Made by a program: the position numbers and the translations under genes
Source of the DNA: a virus
DNA: 64,000 nucleotides
Virus record (IMG/VR): IMGVR_UViG_3300017989_000071
Coordinates: 53,645 to 117,644 of that record
Strand: one strand, 5' to 3'
Notes under the pieces: generated by a model
What the model was told of the DNA's origin: nothing
The model's database searches: none
The model's input: only the letters and a program-made list of their open reading frames with translations
Shown: positions 33,198 through 44,348 of the stretch, in pieces
Layout: every line of letters begins with the position of its first letter
Position numbering within the stretch: position 1 is the stretch's first letter

Positions 33198-36100
33198 TAT
33201 TGCGTCGCCGTCTGGTCACCCGCACCACGGTTCGATCCGTAGCGGTCGTCCGGTCCGTGGCGTCGGGACAGGTCGATATTCTGATTACTTCTCGAAGGGG
33301 AATCCCCGGTCGGGTAGGCGGTTTTAATCCCGACGCTCCACGATTCGGGATACCAGTGCAAGCTGCCGCTGTAAATCGGGTACGGTGACAGGTAGGTATA
33401 ATGCCCATGAAGAACGAGGTACGATGATGTCCACTTGTCTTCCGAAGGCATGATTCCGTAAACCGCGTGTCCCTCTTCGGGCGTCTGACCGCCGTGTGCC
33501 AAACCAGTGTGTTGGATATTGATGGGGTCGCCGTAATCGAACGGGTCGATCATCTGCATCGCCTGTCCGAAGTACACTCCGTTCTCCCCGTCCGCTCCGG
33601 GAACGGAAGGCATCCTTTCGAGATACCGTGAATACGCCCCCAGCTCAGAAGTCTCCCCGGTCGATACAGCGGGACTGAGAGGAACCGGAAACTCAGACAA
33701 CTCCGAATCGGTGTAGGGCGTAACCGTCTTCCCAAGGAGAAACGCAATTCGGCAGATCATGTAGCCGCTCTTCGTCGGCTCGATGTCGGGGGGCTGCGCT
33801 GGAGCCAGCATAAATGCCATCCGGTGTGAAATGCGCGACGGGAAAAACCCATCGAGTGCCGCCGCCTGCGTGTCGTAAGAAACGACAGCGCGGGGCGTAC
33901 CAGCCACCAGCGGACTTTTCAGGGTCAGAAGGAGCTCCCCGGTCTTGTAATTGATCGACCCGTTTTGGACAATCGCATCCTCGCTGAAGAGTCCGATAGA
34001 CGGGGACGCCAACGAGGATGGGGAACGGGTAAAGGTTCCCGCTACAGTGTGTAGCTCGACCGAGAAGGTTCCCGGTGTAATGCTGTAATCCGTCGGGAGG
34101 TTCACATTGAGCGGACCGATCTGTGTTGCTCCGGAATAGCTCCCACTCGCAGCGACATCGTAAGACTCCGACCCGGTCGCCCCACCATTATAGTGCGGCA
34201 ATTCCAAATGGAACATCACCTCGTTCATCCAGAACACCCGCATCAGCAACGACGGGCGCATCGTCTGCCCATAGTAATCGACACCGCCAAAGTCGTACTT
34301 CCACATCGTATCGACGAAGCTGGGGGCGTAGAACCTGCGGTACAGCCGATCTGCCGCTTGGGGGTAGTAGGAATCGAACGCATCGTCTCCCCAATACACC
34401 TCGGTCCGGAACGGATAGAGATGAAACGTATTGTCGGGATCGGCGAGCTTCGTGTTGGCCTCTCCCCCGCTTCCAAGCTTGCCCTGCAACTCGCGGAGAA
34501 GAACGCTGTGCCACCGTACCCCTGCTTCCGCCTGCGCCGCGAAGATTGGGGTATTCTGGGGCGAATCGCTTCCAACGACCAGCTCGCGGTATTCCCCATC
34601 AGAGGCGTTGTAAGCTCGGGGTCTTCCTTTGATCTGGTTGTACGGTTGAATCACCGTGTCGTTTCGCGCCCCTGAGTAATACCACAACCGCTGTGTTCTC
34701 CCTGTAGGAGCAACTACACCTGCAATAAAGTATTTGGGGTCATTCGGAAAACCTGCGCTGTTGTAAACATCTCCTCCGACGGGTTGATGATTCGGGACAT
34801 AGGGGGCATAGCGACCATTAGCTCCATAATAATTATACGAATCCGCGCTGGTACTCGCCCACGTGGCCGCTCCCCCCAGCCCATAGGTATGATCGATGAT
34901 GATGTCCACGGCAACGACACGCGCCCCCGCGCTCAGGCGAGAGACGTTTCCCCCACTCCATGTAAAGGGCGTCGCGCCGCCGATCCCGTTGATCTTGATT
35001 CGCCGTCCCGTCTGATCGTCGAGGGGAGCGATCTGCGCATTGGCAACCCGCGAATCGAGGTATGCTCGGTTGACGACATCGTATCCGTCCGGGTCGATTA
35101 TATTGTTGCGGGGAAAATTCCGGGTGCGGAGATAGGTCTCATTGTCATAATCGTAAGAGCCGGTTCCGAAGATCAATTCGTATCCCGGTTCGGTCACCTC
35201 TTCGATGTTCGTGGCATAGGTATAGAAGTCCACGACCATTGCCGTCGGAACTTCCCCCGGATCGCCACCGTAGCCATCGGTGAACGTCAGCTTCGTCCCC
35301 GAATCGCCAATTTGCCCTTTGGCGTTGGCCCCGCCGGTATCGTTGATCGGAGACGGCTGAGAGAAGATCGTCGCCCCGTTCTGCGGAGTCACCGTCCACA
35401 CCCCTCCGGACTCTTCGAGGATGCCGACCAACCGCATCGTGTGATCGAAGAGGCGCACGGAAGAGAGATCGGGCCGGATCACGAAATCGTGATAGAACTG
35501 GCTGACCCCCGATTCGGTCATTGGCTCGCGGACCCGCTCGACGCGCCCGCGCTTGATGTAAGCGGACTCCCGCGAGCGGAGAGACTTCAGAGTGACCGGC
35601 TGATCTCCCGTCAAAGGATCGGACAAACCGTGGATGTGCCCCGCTGTGGCATTCGGATCGGTATAGAGGTAACGGACATTGGTATTGCCCGAGCCGCCAC
35701 TCCACTTTACCCGAAGCAGGCCGGTGACGTAATCCACGAAGAGCTCGTCGCACGACACGCTGCGCTGGTTGTCCAATGTCCCCTTCGCATTGTCCGACGC
35801 ATAGGCTCCCGTTCTCCACACGTAAACCGATCCCGGCAGGATCACCCGGCCCGGAATCGGAGAAGTGATAATCGTCGCCGTCACGTCGTCGGTCGAACCG
35901 ATGCCGGAAACGGTCTCGTGCGATCCGTTCTCGAAGTAGACCCCCGCACGCGGAACGCCACCCGCCCCGGTGATCGCATCGAACGTCCACAGGATGTCGT
36001 CGTAGAAGACCAACGATCCTTGGCTGACCCCCAGCGTACCTCCTTCGATGTGGAAACGGAGATACCCCGACTTGATGAACGCCGCAGCGTCCATCGTAAT

Positions 36101-37555
36101 ATCGCCCTGATACGTTTCCTCGTTGAGCTCACCCAGATCGCGGAGGAAATTCGTCAGCGCGTAGTAATACAGCGTCCCGATTGTCACCGACCGCGCATCC
36201 GTCGAGCTGACCGGGGGCGAAGGGATGATCTGTCCCGGCAAGCGGAACTCGGGGTTCTCCCCGTTGTCCATCGTCAGCAAGGCACCCAGCTCGAACGTCG
36301 TCGAGGCTCCACCCGTCGAGTCGGCCATGTAGACCCGCAACGAAGTCCACGCATCCGGGATGCTGATTACGCACTCGATAATCATCGCACCCATCTGCGT
36401 CGCCCCGGTGTGGACCAACCGATTCGCGGTCAGCGTCGTCGGGGAAGGAACCTTGTTAAGATTCGGAGCCGGAGCCGTTGTCAGATCGACGTTGAACCCC
36501 ATCCGGTAGACCATGTAATTCGTATCGTCGTCATAGAACTCCTGAACGATGCCGGACGAAGACAGGTCGCCGATCAGGCGGACCAGTATCGAGTCGTCAG
36601 CGAAGTTGAAGAGCTGACGAATCGTGAGGTGGCGACCGTCGGGTGCGTTCCCCGGATCGTGGATATGCTCCTTCTCGTAAGACGCCTTATTCTCGTCGAG
36701 CTTGACCGCCGTTTCCTTCAGGGTGTAATACGGAACGGCATTGCGATCATCGTCCCAATTCCCCGCGTCCGCGCCGAGCTTGAGCTCCTTGATAACCGCT
36801 GTGATTGGAGCCGACGTGCTCTCCACCGACCGGACCGCGTTCAGGAGGTAGTCAATCGGCAGCTCGCCGAAGGTCGATTCGTAGCCATAGGAAACCGTCG
36901 TTTCGGTATTCCCCGCCTGAACCGATCCGGAGAGCTTGAGAAGAATCGGGGCCGCGTTGAACTGGTTGATCGAGTCGTCGTCCAGCCGGTCGGGAGTCGT
37001 CCCACTCGTATCGTCGGTGAGGTAGAAAACCGTCAGGTCACCCGGATCGGCGGTGAATGTCAGCCCGGAAATCCCGGAGCTGTAGGTCAACTCGCTTCCC
37101 CCGGAATTGACGGTCCAGCCGTTGCGCCCGTCCATGTTCCCCGAACCGTCGTCCACCGCGACAATCTCGTTGTCCGCGTCCCGCACGACGAACACCGTGC
37201 GGGGGATCGCATCGAGGTTCGAGAAGGACAGCGAATACGTCGGACCCGCCGCCTCGGTCATGGCCTCACTGAACGCCGCCCACGTCTCGTTGACGGTCAG
37301 GTTGCCGGTCGCATCCGGTAGCGGAGTAAGCCCGTCCCCCTCGGTCAGGACAAACTTGCTGCCGTAGGTGAATATGTCGTCCCCTTGCGGCTCCGCAACG
37401 AAGAAGACATAGGTATCGTTCTGAGCGATCCCTTCGACCAGAAACGTCCTCGGCGCGGCAACGGGATCGTTGATGATCTCGTTGATCTTATTCACCAGCG
37501 AGAGGATACTGGCGATGCCGCTTCCGGGTGCCGGATGATTGTTGATCGTCGTCAT
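33197..37555 (-). CDS. Large tail fibre / baseplate-associated virion protein (1452 aa)
   Basis: Position after the baseplate genes; G/S/T/D-rich beta composition; fibre-like HIHGLSDP..GDQPVT and DVVNRAYLDSR motifs. Confidence 0.7.
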   Translation of the reverse strand: MTTINNHPAPGSGIASILSLVNKINEIINDPVAAPRTFLVEGIAQNDTYVFFVAEPQGDDIFTYGSKFVLTEGDGLTPLPDATGNLTVNETWAAFSEAMTEAAGPTYSLSFSNLDAIPRTVFVVRDADNEIVAVDDGSGNMDGRNGWTVNSGGSELTYSSGISGLTFTADPGDLTVFYLTDDTSGTTPDRLDDDSINQFNAAPILLKLSGSVQAGNTETTVSYGYESTFGELPIDYLLNAVRSVESTSAPITAVIKELKLGADAGNWDDDRNAVPYYTLKETAVKLDENKASYEKEHIHDPGNAPDGRHLTIRQLFNFADDSILVRLIGDLSSSGIVQEFYDDDTNYMVYRMGFNVDLTTAPAPNLNKVPSPTTLTANRLVHTGATQMGAMIIECVISIPDAWTSLRVYMADSTGGASTTFELGALLTMDNGENPEFRLPGQIIPSPPVSSTDARSVTIGTLYYYALTNFLRDLGELNEETYQGDITMDAAAFIKSGYLRFHIEGGTLGVSQGSLVFYDDILWTFDAITGAGGVPRAGVYFENGSHETVSGIGSTDDVTATIITSPIPGRVILPGSVYVWRTGAYASDNAKGTLDNQRSVSCDELFVDYVTGLLRVKWSGGSGNTNVRYLYTDPNATAGHIHGLSDPLTGDQPVTLKSLRSRESAYIKRGRVERVREPMTESGVSQFYHDFVIRPDLSSVRLFDHTMRLVGILEESGGVWTVTPQNGATIFSQPSPINDTGGANAKGQIGDSGTKLTFTDGYGGDPGEVPTAMVVDFYTYATNIEEVTEPGYELIFGTGSYDYDNETYLRTRNFPRNNIIDPDGYDVVNRAYLDSRVANAQIAPLDDQTGRRIKINGIGGATPFTWSGGNVSRLSAGARVVAVDIIIDHTYGLGGAATWASTSADSYNYYGANGRYAPYVPNHQPVGGDVYNSAGFPNDPKYFIAGVVAPTGRTQRLWYYSGARNDTVIQPYNQIKGRPRAYNASDGEYRELVVGSDSPQNTPIFAAQAEAGVRWHSVLLRELQGKLGSGGEANTKLADPDNTFHLYPFRTEVYWGDDAFDSYYPQAADRLYRRFYAPSFVDTMWKYDFGGVDYYGQTMRPSLLMRVFWMNEVMFHLELPHYNGGATGSESYDVAASGSYSGATQIGPLNVNLPTDYSITPGTFSVELHTVAGTFTRSPSSLASPSIGLFSEDAIVQNGSINYKTGELLLTLKSPLVAGTPRAVVSYDTQAAALDGFFPSRISHRMAFMLAPAQPPDIEPTKSGYMICRIAFLLGKTVTPYTDSELSEFPVPLSPAVSTGETSELGAYSRYLERMPSVPGADGENGVYFGQAMQMIDPFDYGDPINIQHTGLAHGGQTPEEGHAVYGIMPSEDKWTSSYLVLHGHYTYLSPYPIYSGSLHWYPESWSVGIKTAYPTGDSPSRSNQNIDLSRRHGPDDRYGSNRGAGDQTATQ

Positions 37556-37567
37556 GTTCTCACCTCG

Positions 37568-39991
37568 TTATCGGATCACCAAGACCCACTCGAAATCCGC
37601 CGTGGAGTCCCCTGAATTGTAGACCTTGAAGTCCGTAGCGGATCGTTCTGTAACCCACACCTCGCCGAGCTGACCCGCTTCGCCGGGAGGCGTTGCGCCG
37701 TCGTCAATCGGGAAAATGTAAACGCCATAATCCGTCGTACCGAGATCGTTGGGCAGGGTGATCGTCTGCGATCCCCCGCCGTGACCGACGAAGGAGCTGG
37801 TTCCCCGCAGCGTTCGGGCCATCCCGCCGAAGATATTCCCTTCCGTCGATCCGCCCGTGTTGTAGGTGGGCGTGCCGGTCAGGATGGCAACGAAATTGTC
37901 AACGGCATTGGCGACGTTTTCGACATCGCCGATCACCTTCGTTACGTAGTTTCCGTTCGCCGTCGCCGCGAAGTACAGATCGCCGTTTACCACGGAAACC
38001 AAACAATCCGAGCCGCCGAGGGTCACGTCCTGCCCCTCTGCGTCGATCAGCGACACCGAGAGTCGGTCATTCGATACGCCCAACACAATGTCGCCACCGT
38101 TGGCAAACAGCATGTCCACGGCGTTGCCCCATCCTTTTCGGGGGAAGACAACGGCTCCAGCGGCGTCGCTCAACCCCGTCGCGCCCAGCGAGAGACGAGA
38201 GATCAGGCACCGCCAGTTATACCCGAACACCGCACCCTCGAAGTGCGCATCCCGGTACTCACAATCCTCGGTACTGTCGATGTAGACCGTACCTCCCTCG
38301 ACCGACATCTGCTCGATGCTGGAGTGTTGTTTGATGAGGTGGATACTGTTCGTCTGGGTCGTCCCCGCAGGCAGCCCCGCCGTCGGCACGTCCACGTCGA
38401 ACTCCCACGGGTTTCCGCCCGGATCGGGAAATCCGACGAAGGCACACAACTTGTGGTTCGCCCCGTCACTGAGGACCACTGTATCCCCCGGAACGAAACC
38501 GAGATCGACCGGGGTGGGACGGCCCGCTCGATAGGCCGCAGCGATCTCGATCCGATACCTCGTCGATCCGGCGGGCGCACCGCCCGGCGTTCCCGGAACA
38601 CCGGCATAGGGATTGTCGCCGCCGTTGTAGGCGATCTCGATCCCCCCGGCATAGAACTTGTCCGAGCCGTTGAAGACGATCTTCGAGAAGGTCCGCCCGC
38701 CGGTCAGGGAAATCCGGGACGGCAGGTACAGATCGCCATCGAGCCAGAACAACCCCTCCACCTGCACACGCCTCGGAATCGGATCGTCTTCCGCTTCCAT
38801 CAGCGTATGCAGATCGGCAAGGAGGTTAATCAACCCGACCGATCCGATGTACTGTGACCGGCCCTGAAAGATGATCCCGTCGGTGACTTCCACTTCCTCG
38901 GGAACCGACCGCTTCTCGGTCGAATAGAACTTCTCGATCTCCGCACCCCCACCGCCGTCTTCGATCACCCGAACATATCCGAGGAATGTCGCGTTGGCAT
39001 CGGTGTACTGTCCGGTCCCGAGATCGCCGTCGGAGTCAATGGCTGACTGGATGTCCGAGGCGTCGGGGAGCTCGGGGTTCGTTCCCCCACCGATCACCTG
39101 CTCCGTGCCTTCAACCTTGATGATCTTGTAATCCTGATCCTGCCCGCGCCGCTTGTCGGGACGCGATACCAGATAGAACGCATCGAGACGCACGGACCCC
39201 GCCGTCGGAGCGTCCACGGCGAAGGGCGATGTCGCCTCGTCCATGCGGATGATCGTTTGATGGTATTCGTCGGAGTAGTACCGATCTTCCTGATACGGAG
39301 TGACCATCACACCCGGATTGATTTCCACCTCGTCGGGGTTCCCACTCGCTACCAGATCGAAACCCTGATAGACACCGGGGCGAAACAGACCGTGGAGCTC
39401 GTCGCCGGGGCGGTTGTACGGATCGGGCAGATTGATCTTCGGTACGTTGTCGATCACCACGCCCGGCGAACCGTAGCCGCCTGTCGAATCGTTCGTCCCG
39501 TCGGGCACCCAGACAAAGGCGAGGATGATCTCGTCGTCGGCCACCAGCCCGAAGTCCGGTTCCGGGTCCACCGCCGGGGTTCCGACATGGACCGAGTAGG
39601 TCGCCACGGGATTCGGCTGGTTGGTCAGCTCGTACTCGTAGCTCAGAGCCACGATGTCGATCCGCGCCCGGCCCAGCCCGTTCTCGTTATAGACCGCTGA
39701 GTACGGCGTATCCGGTCGTGTGGCCGGTTCCACATCCGCATTCTCGATGATCGTCACATAGTCCTTGCTGATCGCAACGGACAGGGCATCGTTCCCGCCG
39801 GGGTCCGCTTTCGAGGGCAGATCATCATGCAGCTCGCGGTTGATCCGCAGATACATCTTCCCGGCAACCACCCCGCCGTCGGCCACCTCGAAGCCATGAT
39901 AGACTCCGGGCCGAACGACACGGCGGTTCATGTCGTTCATAATCCGGGTTTCATCGGGACTCTTGAAATCCCATACTCTCCGTTGCGCCAT
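37568..39991 (-). CDS. Tail fibre/spike-like protein (807 aa) with duplicated RPGVY module and beta-helix-like region
   Basis: VVRPGVYHGFEV and LFRPGVYQGFDL repeats; C-terminal ITLP..LGTTDYGVYI...DFKVYNSG...FEWV fibre-type domain. Confidence 0.7.
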   Translation of the reverse strand: MAQRRVWDFKSPDETRIMNDMNRRVVRPGVYHGFEVADGGVVAGKMYLRINRELHDDLPSKADPGGNDALSVAISKDYVTIIENADVEPATRPDTPYSAVYNENGLGRARIDIVALSYEYELTNQPNPVATYSVHVGTPAVDPEPDFGLVADDEIILAFVWVPDGTNDSTGGYGSPGVVIDNVPKINLPDPYNRPGDELHGLFRPGVYQGFDLVASGNPDEVEINPGVMVTPYQEDRYYSDEYHQTIIRMDEATSPFAVDAPTAGSVRLDAFYLVSRPDKRRGQDQDYKIIKVEGTEQVIGGGTNPELPDASDIQSAIDSDGDLGTGQYTDANATFLGYVRVIEDGGGGAEIEKFYSTEKRSVPEEVEVTDGIIFQGRSQYIGSVGLINLLADLHTLMEAEDDPIPRRVQVEGLFWLDGDLYLPSRISLTGGRTFSKIVFNGSDKFYAGGIEIAYNGGDNPYAGVPGTPGGAPAGSTRYRIEIAAAYRAGRPTPVDLGFVPGDTVVLSDGANHKLCAFVGFPDPGGNPWEFDVDVPTAGLPAGTTQTNSIHLIKQHSSIEQMSVEGGTVYIDSTEDCEYRDAHFEGAVFGYNWRCLISRLSLGATGLSDAAGAVVFPRKGWGNAVDMLFANGGDIVLGVSNDRLSVSLIDAEGQDVTLGGSDCLVSVVNGDLYFAATANGNYVTKVIGDVENVANAVDNFVAILTGTPTYNTGGSTEGNIFGGMARTLRGTSSFVGHGGGSQTITLPNDLGTTDYGVYIFPIDDGATPPGEAGQLGEVWVTERSATDFKVYNSGDSTADFEWVLVIR

Positions 39992-40061
39992 GTTATTTGT
40001 CCTCTTGCATCAGACGAGTGCATCCAAGCAGCGATCCCCGTCAAGCCACGGCTGACTTACC

Positions 40062-42239
40062 TCATTCGTATCGGACCGTGACGTTGTAGGTCTTGATCTT
40101 GTTGATCTTGCCGAGAAGGAACTCGACCATCGGGTCGGCAGCCGGGAGCTCGGCCCCATCGGAAATTCGCCGAAGCCGCAGAATCACCTGAACCTCGAAC
40201 AACTCCCCGAACGTATCGAGAATCCCACCGAGATCGAAGTCGATCCCGCTATCGAAGGTTTCCCGACCGATGATGATTGACGTGCTCGCCGTTGCCAGCT
40301 CGAACCCGTAGAACTTCATCAACTGCTCGATAGCTCGCAACGTCCCCTTGCGCTGATTGATAAGCGGTCGGAGCTCCATGTAGACCCGCTGCTTCGACAT
40401 CGGCCAATCGGGATTCAGATCGGCGATGCCGTAACGATAGGCCAACGAAGTCAGCCACTTCGGATCGCAGGTTCGCAGATCGAAGTGATTCCAATACCAC
40501 TCAATCAATCCACGATGCCGATCCAATAGCATCCCGAGCAGACGCATCAACCGCTCGGTTTGCGTTCCCACAAACCCGTCGGTCAGATGCAACCGTTCCC
40601 CGTAGGGAGCGGTCCCCAGCATTTTCGAGGGCAGCCCGAGTGTGCTGGTCCGATCCAGCGACCGAAACGCTTCGGATAGAAACCCGATAGCGTCCCACTT
40701 CAGCGAGAAGTCTCTCCCCTCGTGCTTCAATCCCGAATACGCATGAGTCCGGTGGTTGGTCCACACCGAAACCCGGTTGATCGTCAACGCGGAATCGGGA
40801 ACCCAGATCGAGATCAAACCACCCTCTTCGATCACCGAATACCGATAAGCATCGGTGCTGATCGGAAACGCAAACAACGCCACCGGGACGGCAGCGATAT
40901 ACGTGAACGTCGGCGTCGCGTCGGTCAGGTTATTCTCGTCGTCCCCAAACTGCATCACAAAATTCCGGAGACGATCTTCGAGGCGTTGCTGACCGGAGAC
41001 CACCAGCGATCCGTCGGCTCCATCGTGAGACCACGACAGGCCGTCGTACTTGTACGGTGCGTAAACCACCTCCAGCGTATCGCCGGGGTTCGGAGCATGT
41101 GTGGGATCGAACTCCAACGAGTCGATCCCCGCTGCGGCATCGTAGTTGATCGACCCCCCGGTGACGATGTATCCGTTCCGTCCGAGAAACGATCCCGAAC
41201 GGTTATCCACGGCCACGACAACGCCGCTGGCCTTGATAACAACCTTCGCCGTTCCGGGCTGAATATACTCATTACTCAAAGTAACCGAATACGGGTTCGT
41301 TCCGGTCATGTCTTCCCGGTAGTCGAGCTCGACCCGAAAAATCGTCGGCGATCCTCCCCCGTAGAGTACCCGATAGACATACCGCCTGCGCCGGTCGAGA
41401 ATTACATAGCTGACCGGAACCCCGCCCCAGCTCGCTTTGTCGGCGAACTCGATAGCACTGTCGTCCGTTGTAAAGTCGGTAAAGACTGCGCCCGGACCGT
41501 ACAACTCTTCCCCGAAGATTTCAGTCAGATCGAGGCGATAGTTTACATCCCCCAACGCCGGGTCTTCGGACGGGAGATTCGGGCTGCCGGTATCGGACGG
41601 GTATGTCAGGTGGATCAACTCCCGCTGCTCCGTGGTAAAGATCACCTGCGCCGGGGACGAGCTCAACTGTCCGCACCACGCAATCGAGCTGATCCGGTCT
41701 CCGGCGTTCAGCACCGGAGTCACGTTCATCTCGGCGATCACGAACCCGGTAGCGATCTCCCAGAACAACACAAAACTATCCCCGGACGGACTCACCGTGG
41801 CAATCGCCAGCGTATCTCGCGAGGTGATCGGCGGATCGGCGAGATTGACGATGCCTACGACACGCCCCGCGTAAGATTCGGGGAACGCAAAGTGCCGAGT
41901 GATTGGCGATCCACCCTCCAGAATCCCCAGCGTGCGGAAATACTCCTGCGCCAGCACATCGTCACGCCACTCCACAAACATCGTGAAGTAGTAGATACGC
42001 TCCGGCTCAATGACCGGCGGAACAACCGCCAGCTCGTTCGCCTTCGTCGTTTCCGAGGGCGAAGCGGTGAACACGATAGCCCCTTCGGAAAGGTTGGTCG
42101 GCCACCCGTGCGGAGACATCCGGATCGTGAATCTGCGGACCAAAGCCCACCACTGATCGTCGAACTCCCACGAGATAACGATCTGGGGCGTATCGAGCGC
42201 GGTCCGCGCCTCGAATGTAGTCAGGAATTTCGGGTTCAT
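40062..42239 (-). CDS. Baseplate wedge protein (C-terminal P2 gpI-like domain)
   Basis: DLRTCDPKWLTSLAYRYGI...RKGTLRAIEQ; follows the gpJ-like gene. Confidence 0.7.
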   Translation of the reverse strand: MNPKFLTTFEARTALDTPQIVISWEFDDQWWALVRRFTIRMSPHGWPTNLSEGAIVFTASPSETTKANELAVVPPVIEPERIYYFTMFVEWRDDVLAQEYFRTLGILEGGSPITRHFAFPESYAGRVVGIVNLADPPITSRDTLAIATVSPSGDSFVLFWEIATGFVIAEMNVTPVLNAGDRISSIAWCGQLSSSPAQVIFTTEQRELIHLTYPSDTGSPNLPSEDPALGDVNYRLDLTEIFGEELYGPGAVFTDFTTDDSAIEFADKASWGGVPVSYVILDRRRRYVYRVLYGGGSPTIFRVELDYREDMTGTNPYSVTLSNEYIQPGTAKVVIKASGVVVAVDNRSGSFLGRNGYIVTGGSINYDAAAGIDSLEFDPTHAPNPGDTLEVVYAPYKYDGLSWSHDGADGSLVVSGQQRLEDRLRNFVMQFGDDENNLTDATPTFTYIAAVPVALFAFPISTDAYRYSVIEEGGLISIWVPDSALTINRVSVWTNHRTHAYSGLKHEGRDFSLKWDAIGFLSEAFRSLDRTSTLGLPSKMLGTAPYGERLHLTDGFVGTQTERLMRLLGMLLDRHRGLIEWYWNHFDLRTCDPKWLTSLAYRYGIADLNPDWPMSKQRVYMELRPLINQRKGTLRAIEQLMKFYGFELATASTSIIIGRETFDSGIDFDLGGILDTFGELFEVQVILRLRRISDGAELPAADPMVEFLLGKINKIKTYNVTVRYE

Positions 42240-43936
42240 TAGCTGAACGGCGTTGTGTCGTCTTCGGGATAGTAAACCTCGACCTCGACATTCGAGAGGG
42301 AGGAAATTACGGGAACCTCCCCACTGCCGATCTGGATGTTCCCGCTGTACTTCGATGTGCGGAAGGACCAAACCGCACCGGCAGTCAGGGTGTCCGTCGG
42401 TGTTCCGAGGGTAAAGCGAATCTCGTTATCGGGCGAGGTGAACTGCTCGCCGACCGTTCCAGTATCTACTGTCGAGCCGTCGCGCTTGACGGTGAAGGTC
42501 GTCGGGGTGAGCTCGGTCACCGTCCACTCGCTGTACCCCGCCCCTGCCAGTACCTCGATGTCGCCCTGCATCGCGGGATCGGACTCCACCGATTGTACCA
42601 CGCGAGGGACCGCCGTGAGGATCGGAAAATTAACCGACTGGATCAACGAGCTGTCTTCGATGTCGAGGATGATTCGGCTGAGCTCGGAAACCGTGAACGC
42701 TTTGCCGATCTCGATCTCGGTATAAACCAGATTCGCCAGTATCTCGTCAATCACCTTCTGGCGGATAACCGACCGGGGCAGATCGTTCGTCCGGGTAAAG
42801 ACCCGAGCCGTGATCCGCAACTCGATAGGTTCGACCGTCTCGACGTTCACCACCCCGCCGATCACCTGCAACGGCTGGATCGTGTTCTTGACCAGATCGA
42901 GGAGAGCTTGGCTGGCAACCCCGCCGCCTTCGGGCATCACGTACAGGTTGAAAATCGAGCCGATGATGTTCGCAATCGCCGCGTCGTACACTCCCGGTAC
43001 GTTGACGGCAATCGCGAGGAAGTCTTCTTCGTTGACGGCCCGCTGGTAAGTCTGCCCCAACCACGGAGCCTGCATCCGGATCGTGTCGGCGTCAGGGCCG
43101 TAGGAACCGCCCGCGCCTGCTTCCGGGTTATTGACGTTGAAACTGGCCGAGATCGGGCCGGTGATCTTCGTAATCGAATTGGCCGGAGTATTCCCATCGG
43201 AGCCGTTGCAGCGGATGTAGGAAACGGTGATCCGGGAACCAGCGGGAGGGGCCGCGCCCCACTCGTTATCCCCGAAGACGATCCGCGCCTTGGACAGGTC
43301 CGCCGGATTCGGTCGGACAACGTAATGCTCCGCGTCGCTTTCGGAATCAAAAAGCGTGAATGCCTGCCGTTCCCACAGCGTCGTCCCCACCCGAACCTCG
43401 ATGTACTGGTACGGCGTGTAGGCGTTTTCGAGCTCGTAGGTCTGATTTACCTCCCCGCTCGCGCTCTCGGTCAGAACCTCCTCGATCACCCGCTCCCCCT
43501 CAACCGCCGCCACCGTCACGGTCTCTCCGGGAGCAGCCACGCTTCCCGAGGCCACGGTGAGATACTTCTTCGGGGGATTGTCGGCGGTGGTACAAGCCAA
43601 GTAGGGCGGGACGTTCAGGGTCGGACCCCCAACGGATGTGAACTCCAAATCGACGCTCGCCGGAGAGGGTCCGGGGTAGGCCCACGGAATCCCCTGCGCC
43701 ATCAGCACAAGGTTCCGCTCCTGCTGCGCCATGCCCCACAGCGATTCGATGAAGTTGATGTCCTGCTGGTATCCGAGTACATCGAACAGGGCCACCCACG
43801 CCTGCAAGAACAAGCGGCCCGGATTGCGACGGGTCGAATCCGAAATCTCCGGGACGAACTCCGGGAGAAACCGTTCGAGCTCGGCGGTGAGCGCATCGTA
43901 GTCCTTAGCCGTATAACGAAATCGTCTCCCTAGCAT
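42239..43936 (-). CDS. Baseplate wedge protein (T4 gp6 / gpJ-like)
   Basis: YTAKDYDAL, GEVNQTYEL, IVFGDNEWGAAPP...ITVSY, RAVNEEDF. Confidence 0.88.
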   Translation of the reverse strand: MLGRRFRYTAKDYDALTAELERFLPEFVPEISDSTRRNPGRLFLQAWVALFDVLGYQQDINFIESLWGMAQQERNLVLMAQGIPWAYPGPSPASVDLEFTSVGGPTLNVPPYLACTTADNPPKKYLTVASGSVAAPGETVTVAAVEGERVIEEVLTESASGEVNQTYELENAYTPYQYIEVRVGTTLWERQAFTLFDSESDAEHYVVRPNPADLSKARIVFGDNEWGAAPPAGSRITVSYIRCNGSDGNTPANSITKITGPISASFNVNNPEAGAGGSYGPDADTIRMQAPWLGQTYQRAVNEEDFLAIAVNVPGVYDAAIANIIGSIFNLYVMPEGGGVASQALLDLVKNTIQPLQVIGGVVNVETVEPIELRITARVFTRTNDLPRSVIRQKVIDEILANLVYTEIEIGKAFTVSELSRIILDIEDSSLIQSVNFPILTAVPRVVQSVESDPAMQGDIEVLAGAGYSEWTVTELTPTTFTVKRDGSTVDTGTVGEQFTSPDNEIRFTLGTPTDTLTAGAVWSFRTSKYSGNIQIGSGEVPVISSLSNVEVEVYYPEDDTTPFS

Positions 43937-43937
43937 A

Positions 43938-44348
43938 TCAGCCTCGCTCGATAATCGTAACCGCCTCGGCGATCTCTCCAGTCGAGATCACCCGGAAGCG
44001 GATCGTGATTTCTACCAAGTGCTCGGTGTTGTATTGGGGTAGCGCACGGTACTTTTCGGTATCCGGATCGGTATTTACGTCGATCCCCAGAATCTCCACC
44101 CGATCCTCTTGCTCCCCCAGCTCGCGCCGCAGCACGGTTTCCAACTGGAGAGCCAACACATCGTCGCGCTGCGAGAACACATCATAGACCATCGAGAGGC
44201 CGTGGTCGTAGTTGAACATCCACTCGCCCTTGCGGTCTTGCAGGACCATGAGGATGTCCCACGCCAGCACCTCGGAATTGGTCACCCGATGCCAGTCCCC
44301 GTCGGGCTGTGCCTCCAACGGAGCGGAGAATCCTTCGAGCCACGTCAT
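43938..44348 (-). CDS. Baseplate protein (gp25/gpW-like)
   Basis: KGEWMFNYDHG...EQEDRVEILGIDV...ITIRFRVI; position. Confidence 0.8.
   Translation of the reverse strand: MTWLEGFSAPLEAQPDGDWHRVTNSEVLAWDILMVLQDRKGEWMFNYDHGLSMVYDVFSQRDDVLALQLETVLRRELGEQEDRVEILGIDVNTDPDTEKYRALPQYNTEHLVEITIRFRVISTGEIAEAVTIIERG

Noticed and set aside
33197-39991. Diversity-generating retroelement target in the tail fibres
   Set aside because: No reverse transcriptase and no template/variable repeat pair differing at adenines was seen in the window.
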